Below are positions 53,664-62,094 of a stretch of 64,000 bases of DNA, piece by piece (within the stretch, counting starts at the first letter, position 1; every line of letters starts with the position of its first letter). The stretch is from Desulfobacterales bacterium. Its GTDB lineage: Bacteria > Desulfobacterota > Desulfobacteria > Desulfobacterales > Desulfosalsimonadaceae. The translations under genes and the position numbers were made by a program. Under the pieces are notes generated by a model. It was not told the DNA's origin. It saw only the letters and a list, made by a program, of their open reading frames with translations, and did no database searches. The stretch spans positions 1,941 to 65,940 of the forward strand of contig JAGXKN010000013.1 of the NCBI GenBank assembly GCA_018335195.1. The letters are read 5' to 3'.

Positions 53664-53746
53664 AATCCTTTTACAGGAACCAGTGAACCCTGCAGCGCTT
53701 TTGCGGAGAACTTACTGTCACAGTATCATAATTAACATGGAAGCGG

Positions 53747-54682
53747 ATGAACAAAATGATTAGATATATACTCGCAATATCGATAATTTTGGCATGTCCC
53801 TGGCAGGTTGCGGCCGAGTGGGACTTTTCCAGGCACAGCATCCCCCCTTCGGATATTATTTCCGGCGGACCGCCGCGCGACGGCATTCCCGCCTTGTTTG
53901 ATCCGGAATACGCGGACGCCGATCAGGCTGTATCCATGAAAGAAGACGAAATGGTGATGGGTGTTTTTATCAACGACATCGCCCGCGCTTATCCCCTTCG
54001 AATCCTTTCAATGCATGAACTGGTCAATGAACACTACGGAGATAAGCCGGTGCTGGTGACTTGGTGACCGCTTGCCTATGCCGGAGTGGTCTACTCCCGT
54101 AATGTCGAAGACAGGGAACTTACCTTTGGTGTTTCAGGATTGGTGTATAAAAATAATCTGCTGATGTATGACCACCAGACAGAATCGTTGTGGCTCCAGG
54201 TCAAAAACGCCGCAGTCACAGGCCCCATGACCGGATCCACCCTGACCGTTCTGCCCTCCACTTTAACTACATGGAAGAAATGGCGAAAGGCCCATCCCGA
54301 CACTGTGGTTTTGTCTGAAAACACCGGATACAACCGCGACTACAGCCGTGACCCGTATGCAGATTATTATGAAAGTCGCAGAAGCATTTTCGGTTTTGCC
54401 CGCCGCATACTGCAGGGGCATGAAGCAAAGGGGCTTGTGGCCGGCATTCAACTCGAAGACAGCAGCATGGCCTACCCCATGGATATGCTGCGGGAAAGAC
54501 AAAAAATCGTCGAACGGATTGACGGCAAAACCGTCACCCTGGCGCTGAATCCGGAAACCAATCGGCTGTCTATAAAAGATGATACAGGTGCAGACATCCC
54601 GTTTATTATAACATACTGGTTTGTATGGAAAAACATTCATTCACAATCCGGGCGCTACAAAGCAGATACAAGCGCTCCCTGA
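53747..54682 (+). CDS. DUF3179 protein with an in-frame TGA (54065-54067) at the conserved CPLC cysteine; selenoprotein candidate or pseudogene
   Basis: Track ORFs 53747..54067 and 54086..54682 are in one frame. Read-through gives ...DGIPAL...ARAYPLRIL..HELVN..PVLVTW-U-PLAYAGVVYSR..LTFGVSGLVYKNNLLMYDHQTESLW. A signal peptide is present. Confidence 0.6.
54083..54097 (+). promoter_or_regulatory. candidate bacterial SECIS hairpin for the DUF3179 gene
   Basis: GGAGU-GGUCU-ACUCC starts 15 nt after the UGA. As I recall, the GGUCU loop is the same pentamer as the E. coli fdhF SECIS loop. A lower stem 54078-80/54098-100 is possible with a CC bulge. Confidence 0.45.
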
Positions 54683-54752
54683 GCAGAGGGGCACCACATC
54701 TGAATTTGTATCCCTTGCAACCCGGGATCTGTGGACATAAACTGTCGTAAAG

Positions 54753-56231
54753 TTGGGGTGGATGATGCGAAAGCCTTTTTGTTGTTTTTTCCTTGCTGTA
54801 ATTCTGCTGTGCGGTTGTTTGCCGGCAGAACGCTACAGCCTTCCGGAAATATATAACCAGGCCGCACAAAGCCATATCCGAAACCCTGTTGTCATGATCC
54901 ACGGACTGGGCGGATCAATGCTTGTGGACGCGCAAACCGATCAGATTGTCTGGGGGGCCTTTAGCGGCACCGGCAGCAATCCCAACTCCGCTGCAGGCAT
55001 CCGGCAGCTGGCTTTGCCCATGCAAAAGGCTGCCGGAGAAAAGTTTCCCCCCGACGACATTGCCGACTTACAGGACAGCATTCATGCAACCGGTCCGCTG
55101 CAAAAAATCCGGCTTGACGTACTGGGGATGGCCTTTTCAGTGGATGTTTACCGGCAGATCCTCCAAACACTCGGCGTTGGCGGGTTTCGGGACCAGGTCG
55201 TCCGGCCCGGGCAGATCGACTATGGCAGCGAGCACTACACCTGCTTTACGTTCTTTTACGACTGGCGCAAGGATATTGTGGAAAACAGCCGGCAGCTTGA
55301 CAAGTTTCTTTCTGAAACCGCCGAATACGTGGCAACAGAAGATAAAAAACGGGGCATCCGGAGAAAAGAGCTCCGTTTTGACGTGGTGGCCCATTCCTTC
55401 GGCGGCTTAATTGCCCGCTATTATTTGAGATACGGCGCAGCCGATGTTTGTAAAAGCGATGATCCGCCCCGGGTCGATTGGCAGGGCGGCCGATACATAT
55501 CCCGGCTCATCCTGGTGGGCGCTCCCAATACCGGGGCTGCAGAAGCGCTTCAATCTCTTTTGAATGGCTGGCAATATTCATGGCTGATGCCCAGATTTCA
55601 GCCCGCACTGATTGCCACGTTTCCGTCGGTTTACCAGATTATGCCCAGGCCAAGGCATCAGATATTTACGGATGCTTCAGGATCGGCAGTGGAAGTGGAT
55701 CTCTATGATGTCGATTTCTGGGAGAGGAATAACCAAGGAATTTTTTCAGCCGGCCAGGAGAAATATCTGCGCTATTTGCTCCCGGAAGCCCAAGTGCCAC
55801 GAAAAACGGCCCGGTCCTATGTCCGGGCCATGCTCATCAGGGCCCGGCGAATGCACAAAGCCCTTGATGTCAGCCCGGAAAAGGACTGCCCGGCTGAAAT
55901 TTATCTGTTTACCTCCAACACCGTGCCAACCCGAAACCGGGTTGAGTTAATCGGGGCCCCGGGCCTTTACAGGGCGGTGTTTGAAGATAAAGATCTCTAT
56001 GCACCCGGAGACGGCACGGTGACAACCGCAAATGCCCTGGCAGACGAACGCCAGGGGCGGCCATGGAAGCCATGGGTCCGCACAAACATTTCCTTCACCG
56101 GCATCTACATGATGGAGGGCGATCATTTGGAAATCACCAGCAGCCCGCGTTTTACCAACAACCTGCTCCACATCCTGCTGGCGATGCCACCGGCGGGCAC
56201 GGTGCCCGGAGCAAATCCTGAATCGAATTGA
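54753..56231 (+). CDS. lipoprotein, lipase/LCAT-like alpha/beta hydrolase
   Basis: Lipobox-like LLCGC, and the nucleophile elbow VVAHSFGGLIARYYL. Confidence 0.7.
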   Translation: MGWMMRKPFCCFFLAVILLCGCLPAERYSLPEIYNQAAQSHIRNPVVMIHGLGGSMLVDAQTDQIVWGAFSGTGSNPNSAAGIRQLALPMQKAAGEKFPPDDIADLQDSIHATGPLQKIRLDVLGMAFSVDVYRQILQTLGVGGFRDQVVRPGQIDYGSEHYTCFTFFYDWRKDIVENSRQLDKFLSETAEYVATEDKKRGIRRKELRFDVVAHSFGGLIARYYLRYGAADVCKSDDPPRVDWQGGRYISRLILVGAPNTGAAEALQSLLNGWQYSWLMPRFQPALIATFPSVYQIMPRPRHQIFTDASGSAVEVDLYDVDFWERNNQGIFSAGQEKYLRYLLPEAQVPRKTARSYVRAMLIRARRMHKALDVSPEKDCPAEIYLFTSNTVPTRNRVELIGAPGLYRAVFEDKDLYAPGDGTVTTANALADERQGRPWKPWVRTNISFTGIYMMEGDHLEITSSPRFTNNLLHILLAMPPAGTVPGANPESN

Positions 56232-56307
56232 CAAGCCGCGGGCCAAACCCGACCGCTTTCAGCCAAACGATCCCCTGGTTTTAAGTGCCGCTGCAACGGC
56301 CGGTGAC

Positions 56308-56649
56308 ATGGCGCTCAGGGAAACGGACAGAATAATAAAGCACTGTTTCCGGGATGCCGACATTGCCTGCCGTTATGGTGGGGAAGAATTTATGATCATT
56401 CTTCCCGCCACCCGGATAGCGGAAGGCCGATTGGCCTGTGAAAGACTGCGGGAACAGATAGCCCCACATCATTTTAAACACCCCGCATCCATCTTGAAAA
56501 TAATCATTCGCGCCGGTTTGGCGGGGCTTCGGAGCAACGACCAGGCAACTGCCGAGGCGCTGATCCAAAGGGCGGGTGCGGGCCTTTATCAGGCGAAAAA
56601 CAACGGCCAAAACCGAATTGAAACCGTCCTCCCTTTACAGGGCGAATAA
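56308..56649 (+). pseudogene. C-terminal fragment of a GGDEF diguanylate cyclase
   Basis: It contains RYGGEEFMIILP and downstream helices. The N-terminal half of the domain (DxLTGLxNRR, the DxD metal site) is missing. Confidence 0.6.
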
Positions 56650-56854
56650 TTGACCGCAGGTGACATCACTATGGAAAAATCAACCGCCACAAAGAGTCTG
56701 ATCGGGGAAGAAGCATACGAACTGTCCGGGATTATATGGAAGGCCCCTTGAAATGGATCATTGACACCCATGGATCCTTTATATATACACAAATCCGATT
56801 CCCGCAAGTTCTTTGTTTGGGACTTCACCTAGTTAACTTCTGACCGGCGTGAAT

Positions 56855-57877
56855 ATGAGCAGCGAAGTCGTCATTCTTATCATCGAGGCCATGGCCGTCT
56901 ATTTTCTGGTGCTGGGGGCGCACTCGCTGCGCCATCGCTTCGGACCCGTGCATTTCTACGCAATTATGGGCGGCATAACGGCCATCATGTCATGGATTAC
57001 AGACGCCGGCGTCCAGGTGGAAGTGGCGGGCATTACGTTTATCGTTGGATCGACCGTCTTTTACACTGCTATTCTGCTTGGCGTATTTGTGGTTTACGTA
57101 TTTGACGGCCCACGCGCCACTAGAATTGCCATCTCCACGGTGCTGGGCATATCCATTATGGTGCCGATCGTCGCAACCGTGCTGCATTACCAGATGCAGA
57201 TCATCGGCAATTCGCCGATCGACCATGTGCCGATGCCAAGTCTGCGCACCAACCTCGCCTCGGTGGCATCGACCTTTGTCGACTTGATTTTTCTGGCCAT
57301 AGCCTGGGAGTTCCTCGGCAACCCGGTATTGCGGATGAAACTCTGGATCCGGGCTTTCCTGACACTGCTGGGAGTCATGTGGTTAGATGTCATCCTCTTT
57401 GCTACCGGCGCGTTTGCAGGCACATCCAATTATTTTTCCATCATGTCGGGGACCCTGATCAGTCGATTTATTATCTCGGTTTTCGCCCTTCCGTTCCTCT
57501 ACGGCTACCTTTACTGGCAAAGCCACGTAGCCGGTGTTATAATCGAAAATCGGCCAGTTCTGGCCATCTTAAAACAGGTGGCAGAAATCGAACAAAAACT
57601 GACTCTTGCTCAAGAGGAAATCGAACGCCGGAAAGCCGCTGAAAAAGAACGCGATCAAGTTATTCAAGAACTTCAACAGGCGATTTCTGAAGTCAAGACA
57701 TTGCAGGGATTTCTTCCAATATGCAGTCACTGCAAAAGCATCAGGGACGATAAGGGCTATTGGAAGCGGCTTGAGGCCTATGTAGAGGATCATTCCGAGG
57801 CGGAATTCAGTCACAGCATCTGCCCGGCGTGTGCGAGAAAACATCATCCCGACTTAAAAATTTATGAGGATCGCTGA
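56855..57877 (+). CDS. multi-TM sensor-like protein with a coiled coil and a C-terminal Cys4 module
   Basis: About 7 TM helices, a coiled coil (EIEQKLTLAQEEIERRKAAEKERDQVIQELQQ), then LPICSHCKSIRDDKGYWKRLEAYVEDHSEAEFSHSICPACARK. A GTG at 56849 is an alternative start. Confidence 0.6.
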   Translation: MSSEVVILIIEAMAVYFLVLGAHSLRHRFGPVHFYAIMGGITAIMSWITDAGVQVEVAGITFIVGSTVFYTAILLGVFVVYVFDGPRATRIAISTVLGISIMVPIVATVLHYQMQIIGNSPIDHVPMPSLRTNLASVASTFVDLIFLAIAWEFLGNPVLRMKLWIRAFLTLLGVMWLDVILFATGAFAGTSNYFSIMSGTLISRFIISVFALPFLYGYLYWQSHVAGVIIENRPVLAILKQVAEIEQKLTLAQEEIERRKAAEKERDQVIQELQQAISEVKTLQGFLPICSHCKSIRDDKGYWKRLEAYVEDHSEAEFSHSICPACARKHHPDLKIYEDR

Positions 57878-58038
57878 ATGAATTAGTGCGGAGCCCGGCA
57901 TAATCCTCACCGGCGCCCCGCGCGAATACTGCCGCTGCCGGGCCAGTCAGCAGGAGGTCAACGTGCCAGGGCGCCACTTTATCCAGAAGGACTCGCCGGA
58001 TACCATCGGCAAATCGATTGCCGGCTTTATCCGGTCTG

Positions 58039-59532
58039 TCAACGGACAATCTGTGCATCCTCCGTCCATTTTTGCAGAATCTCCCGGTCCTTGGGATCGA
58101 TCCAGGTAATTGCCAGTCTGAAGGTGAATCCGCCCGCCGGATCCGGTCCCGGATCTCCGGAGACCACCTTGGCATAGAGGTCTTCAAAACAGTGGGCCTC
58201 CACACAAAATTCAAAGCGAATCCGCAAATCATCAAAAACATCGAGCCGGGTCTCCACGCAAACATCCATAAAATCATCACTGATCCTGTGGGTCTCGCCC
58301 GACATGGCATCTGCGCAAGCTTTTTTTCCCACGAATTTCCAGAAATAAAAGGGAAGACGGATTTGTACGCCCGGATGCGCATCCCTGTCTGCCTCCAGCT
58401 CCAGGTCATAGGGCGGGTCGATCTTTTCCACCGAATAAAAAACCAGGGGCGATTCCATCCCCTTCATCATCATTGTCTGGGGCGGTTTTACGTGCAGCTT
58501 GTCTGCGGTCTGCAGATACGTAGTCTCCCCGATCAAGACCTGTCCGCCGATGGCATTGGACTCGATCCTGGCCGCGGAATTGACCGCACTGCCCACCACA
58601 CCGTATTTCATCCGAACCTCGGAACCGATATTGCCCACGATCACCGAGCCGGTATTAACACCGATTCCCGTTTCAAGGGGCGGATAGCCTTCTTTTGCCA
58701 TTTCCGAGTTGAGCTGCACAAGCGCGTTCTGCATGGCAATGGCGCACGCAACGGCCCGATAGGTATCGTCCTCGCGGTTTTCCGGAACCCCGAAGACCGC
58801 CAGAATTGCATCCCCGATAATCTCGTCGATAATCCCCTCCCAGGAGACAATAATTTCAGACATCCGACCCAGATACCGGTTGAGAATCCGGACCATCTCC
58901 TCAGGGTCCCGTTTTTCAGAAATCCGAGTAAAGCCCCGCAAATCACTCATCAATATGGTTACGGTCTTTCTTTGTCCGCCGATCTTCTGGCCTTCCGGGG
59001 ATTCCAGGATCTGATCCACGATCTTTTGCGAGAGATAGCGGCCAAAAGTCTCGCGTATGAAGTTGACCAGTCGGAGGCGTTTGCGGGAAGTATCCAGAAT
59101 CGTCTGGAGCATTTGCTCGCGGGTGGCGATGATCTCCCGGATCTCCCGGGGCGCGTTTTCGGCAAAGACATGCTGCACGCTTCCGGGATTGTCTTCGTGA
59201 AAAGCGCGGTTGGCCGAGGCAATCGCCTCCAGGGGAAGGATGATTTTCCGTGAAAGAAACGCCCGGAGGGTAACCATCATAAATGCCAGAATAATGCCCA
59301 CCAGCAGGATGATGCGCAGCCCGTACCAGAAAAGCGCCTCCGGGCCTGCCCCCTCGCTCCACCACCGGTATGCCAGAGACAGCACCAGAAGACCCGCTTC
59401 GATGATTAAAAGGCGCCAGAACACCCCGCGAAGCAGAACCGCACGGACGCCTTTGTTTTTTTGTCCGTCTGATCGAATATGGCCCATGATTTGCCGCCCG
59501 GAACTCGTCTGAACCCGTTTACCAATGCCCAA
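58039..59532 (-). CDS. class III adenylate/guanylate cyclase with 2 TM + HAMP-like linker and an extra C-terminal domain
   Basis: VTILMSDLRGFT...GDAILAVFG...GVNTGSVIVGNIGS..KYGVVGSAVNSAARIE. About 135 aa of unassigned sequence follow the cyclase domain. A possible start is at 59487. Confidence 0.8.
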   Translation of the reverse strand: MGIGKRVQTSSGRQIMGHIRSDGQKNKGVRAVLLRGVFWRLLIIEAGLLVLSLAYRWWSEGAGPEALFWYGLRIILLVGIILAFMMVTLRAFLSRKIILPLEAIASANRAFHEDNPGSVQHVFAENAPREIREIIATREQMLQTILDTSRKRLRLVNFIRETFGRYLSQKIVDQILESPEGQKIGGQRKTVTILMSDLRGFTRISEKRDPEEMVRILNRYLGRMSEIIVSWEGIIDEIIGDAILAVFGVPENREDDTYRAVACAIAMQNALVQLNSEMAKEGYPPLETGIGVNTGSVIVGNIGSEVRMKYGVVGSAVNSAARIESNAIGGQVLIGETTYLQTADKLHVKPPQTMMMKGMESPLVFYSVEKIDPPYDLELEADRDAHPGVQIRLPFYFWKFVGKKACADAMSGETHRISDDFMDVCVETRLDVFDDLRIRFEFCVEAHCFEDLYAKVVSGDPGPDPAGGFTFRLAITWIDPKDREILQKWTEDAQIVR

Positions 59533-59643
59533 TTCTCACGAAACGATTTAACCATGAGACGCGCACCGTTCATACCATACAATAAAAAAAGCGGTTGCAG
59601 GAAAAATTGCTTTGCGGGCACAGCGGCATGCTTGTATGCAGAT

Positions 59644-59663
59644 TTGCAATTACGTAACTGTAT
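59644..59663 (+). promoter_or_regulatory. third copy of the TTGCAATTACGTAACTGTAT promoter/operator motif
   Basis: It is 20/20 identical to 51903-51922. It is followed by a decayed merR-like start (ATGAATGCAACAAAT versus ATGAATCAAACAGAT). Confidence 0.45.
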
Positions 59664-59820
59664 TATTAAGTTGTATAATAATGAATGCAACAAATTGCAA
59701 ATCTCTGACAGGATTGGGCGCGGTTGATGTACGGATGCAGCCGGGCCGGTGTGATCGGATCAACTTCTGCAGCCGATTGACGACGCTTTTGCCCTGAAAA
59801 TCCAAAACAAGAAGGAATTA

Positions 59821-59964
59821 ATAAAAATTTTAAACGCTTCCGGCTCGCCGATTCAAAACAGCAACACAGACCGCGCTGTGAAAACCGTTCTGGAAGCCAC
59901 GGGTGCGGAAACCGCGTTCATCAAGCTCAGTGAATTTCAAATCGAGCCCTGCCGCGCCTGCTTG
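59821..59964 (+). pseudogene. 5' fragment (48 codons) duplicated from the Isf flavoprotein gene, with the start codon lost
   Basis: ATAAAAATTTTAAACGCTTCCGGCTCGCCGATT... aligns with 52611-52754 (ATGAAAATTTTAGGCGTTTCCGGCTCCCCGATT...). Homology ends after CCTGCTTG. Confidence 0.65.
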
Positions 59965-60205
59965 TGTTGGCAGGCTCTCCTTTGCGCCCGTTATTTCGCA
60001 GGCCGGCCGGGGGAAATGTACGGGCAATGCCTGCTGGCTGTTTTTGTCATTGTTCCGGTTGATGACTATAGTTTTAACCAGTTCCCGGTAGTTTCGATTT
60101 GCCGGAAAGGTTTCATCCGGGCTTTACGAACAGCGACCCTGCATCCTGCGCATAACCATTTTATATTGCTGCAAGGGGATCGTCATCCATAAAGAGACAG
60201 GAGAC

Positions 60206-60901
60206 ATGATGATATCAAAGGTATCCCGGACCTGGATAACAGCGCTGGTTTTGGCAGGAATTGCGTCTTCAGCGGCCCACGGACGGGAACCATATTACGC
60301 GCCGTCATATGAACCCCCGAGATCTTATAGGTCTAACAGTGTTCCGGATTCCATCGACATCCAGATGGTTGAAAACGAACTGATCGGCATTGTGGAAGGA
60401 CGCAATGAATACAGCATTGACCTGGACCTCGGCGAGAGAATTGTCTGGCGCGGAACCCGGGGCACTGTGGGCGCAGTGCTGACAGAAAATAGAATTCTGG
60501 CCTTATCCAGGGTTTCCCGGGGCTGGGCGGAGCTGGCGCTCAAGCTGAATGAATCCGATAAGCCGGAATCGATAACGCCCTTGATATCCGATTTTCTGGT
60601 CTTGATGGTGACCGATAGGCGTATTATCGGCTTTGATTCGCAAAGGGGGCGTTGGGTGCAGCAATCGGTTCCCATCCATGACCGAATCGTGAATTCTCAT
60701 ATCAATAGTCATGTGGCCGCTGTAATCACCAGCAAACGGATATTTGCATGGGCATGGGGAAGTATCGATTTCAAGGAGCAAAGACTTCGCAGAAGCGAAA
60801 CCATTCAATACGTTGACACCCGGCCCCACACTGTAACCGTTGGGACCGACCGCCGGTTATTGGTATTTAAATCCGGCGGGGGCGGATGGCGGGAGTTTTG
60901 A
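60206..60901 (+). CDS. hypothetical secreted protein
   Basis: A signal peptide (ALVLAGIASSAAHG) with AGGAGA upstream. No family was recognised; weak internal periodicity (RILAL/RIIGF/RIFAW/RLLVF) suggests beta-repeats. Confidence 0.5.
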   Translation: MMISKVSRTWITALVLAGIASSAAHGREPYYAPSYEPPRSYRSNSVPDSIDIQMVENELIGIVEGRNEYSIDLDLGERIVWRGTRGTVGAVLTENRILALSRVSRGWAELALKLNESDKPESITPLISDFLVLMVTDRRIIGFDSQRGRWVQQSVPIHDRIVNSHINSHVAAVITSKRIFAWAWGSIDFKEQRLRRSETIQYVDTRPHTVTVGTDRRLLVFKSGGGGWREF

Positions 60902-61025
60902 CAGGCTTTCCACATAAGGATTCAGGATACATGCCGGGTTTTGCCCGAAACATACTGCAGGGGCTTGAATCCAAGGCGCCTGTGGCCCGAATTCGTGCTG
61001 CAGGCAGCGCCCGGCGGGAGATCCC

Positions 61026-62039
61026 ATGACACCCACCAAAGAAAAAGACATCACTGTTCTGGCAGGCGATATCGGCGGGACCAAGACGGAGCTCGCCGTA
61101 TATGCCTCCCAAAGCGGGCTGCGCCGCCCTCAGGTAAAGGAAAAGTTTGCGAGCAGTGATTATTCGGGCCTTGAAGCCATCATCGGAAAATTCCTGTCAA
61201 CCCGGGATGTCCATATCGACCGGGCCGCCTTTGGCGTGGCCGGCCCGGTTGTGGGCGGACGGGCGAAAATCACCAATCTGCCATGGGTTATGGAAGAAGC
61301 CGCACTTGCCGAAACCCTCGGCCTCAAATCCGTCTGCCTGTTAAATGACGTTACCGCCTTTGCAAACGCCGTTGCCGTGCTGGATGAAAACGACCTGCAC
61401 GTGATCCGTGAGGCAAGGCCGGCAACAGGCGGGACCATGGCTGTTATGGCCCCGGGCACGGGCCTTGGAGAGGCGTTTCTGACCTGGGACGGAACGGGCT
61501 ACCGGGCGTTTGCCTCTGAAGGCGGACATGCCGATTTTGCGCCCGCAGGCCCGGAGCAAAGCGGTTTGCTTGCCTACCTGGCAAACCGCTATGATCATGT
61601 CAGCTATGAGCGCGTGTGTTCCGGCATGGGTCTGGCCAATATTTCCGCGTATTTCAAAAACACCGGGGTTACAGGAAATCCGGATTGTCCGGCCCGGAAG
61701 GTTCCCGCCGCACAAGACCCGGTGCCCCATATTATCCGGGGCGCATTGGACCAAAACCGGCCGTGCGGTCTATGCCAGAAAACGCTTGCGGTGTTTGTCT
61801 CTGTTCTGGGGGCAGAAGCCGGGAACATGGCGCTAAAGACGATGGCCACAGGCGGCGTCTATCTTGGCGGCGGCATACCGCCCCGGATTTTACCGCTTCT
61901 GGAAAGCGGGGCTTTTTTGGACGCTTTTGTGCGCAAGGGCCGGATGACCGCACTCATGAAAAAAATACCGGTTTACGTGATTCTGCATTCCGAGGCGGCG
62001 CTGCTGGGTGCGGCGCGCCACGCAATGACAACCCGATAG
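61026..62039 (+). CDS. glk: glucokinase
   Basis: N-terminal LAGDIGGTKTELAVY (ATP-binding) and the overall Glk-family pattern (GGVYLGGGI). Confidence 0.8.
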   Translation: MTPTKEKDITVLAGDIGGTKTELAVYASQSGLRRPQVKEKFASSDYSGLEAIIGKFLSTRDVHIDRAAFGVAGPVVGGRAKITNLPWVMEEAALAETLGLKSVCLLNDVTAFANAVAVLDENDLHVIREARPATGGTMAVMAPGTGLGEAFLTWDGTGYRAFASEGGHADFAPAGPEQSGLLAYLANRYDHVSYERVCSGMGLANISAYFKNTGVTGNPDCPARKVPAAQDPVPHIIRGALDQNRPCGLCQKTLAVFVSVLGAEAGNMALKTMATGGVYLGGGIPPRILPLLESGAFLDAFVRKGRMTALMKKIPVYVILHSEAALLGAARHAMTTR

Positions 62040-62094
62040 GCAGAATATAACAGCGGTGCGCCGCCCTGACAGCCCGTCAAGCACTGGAGGCAAT

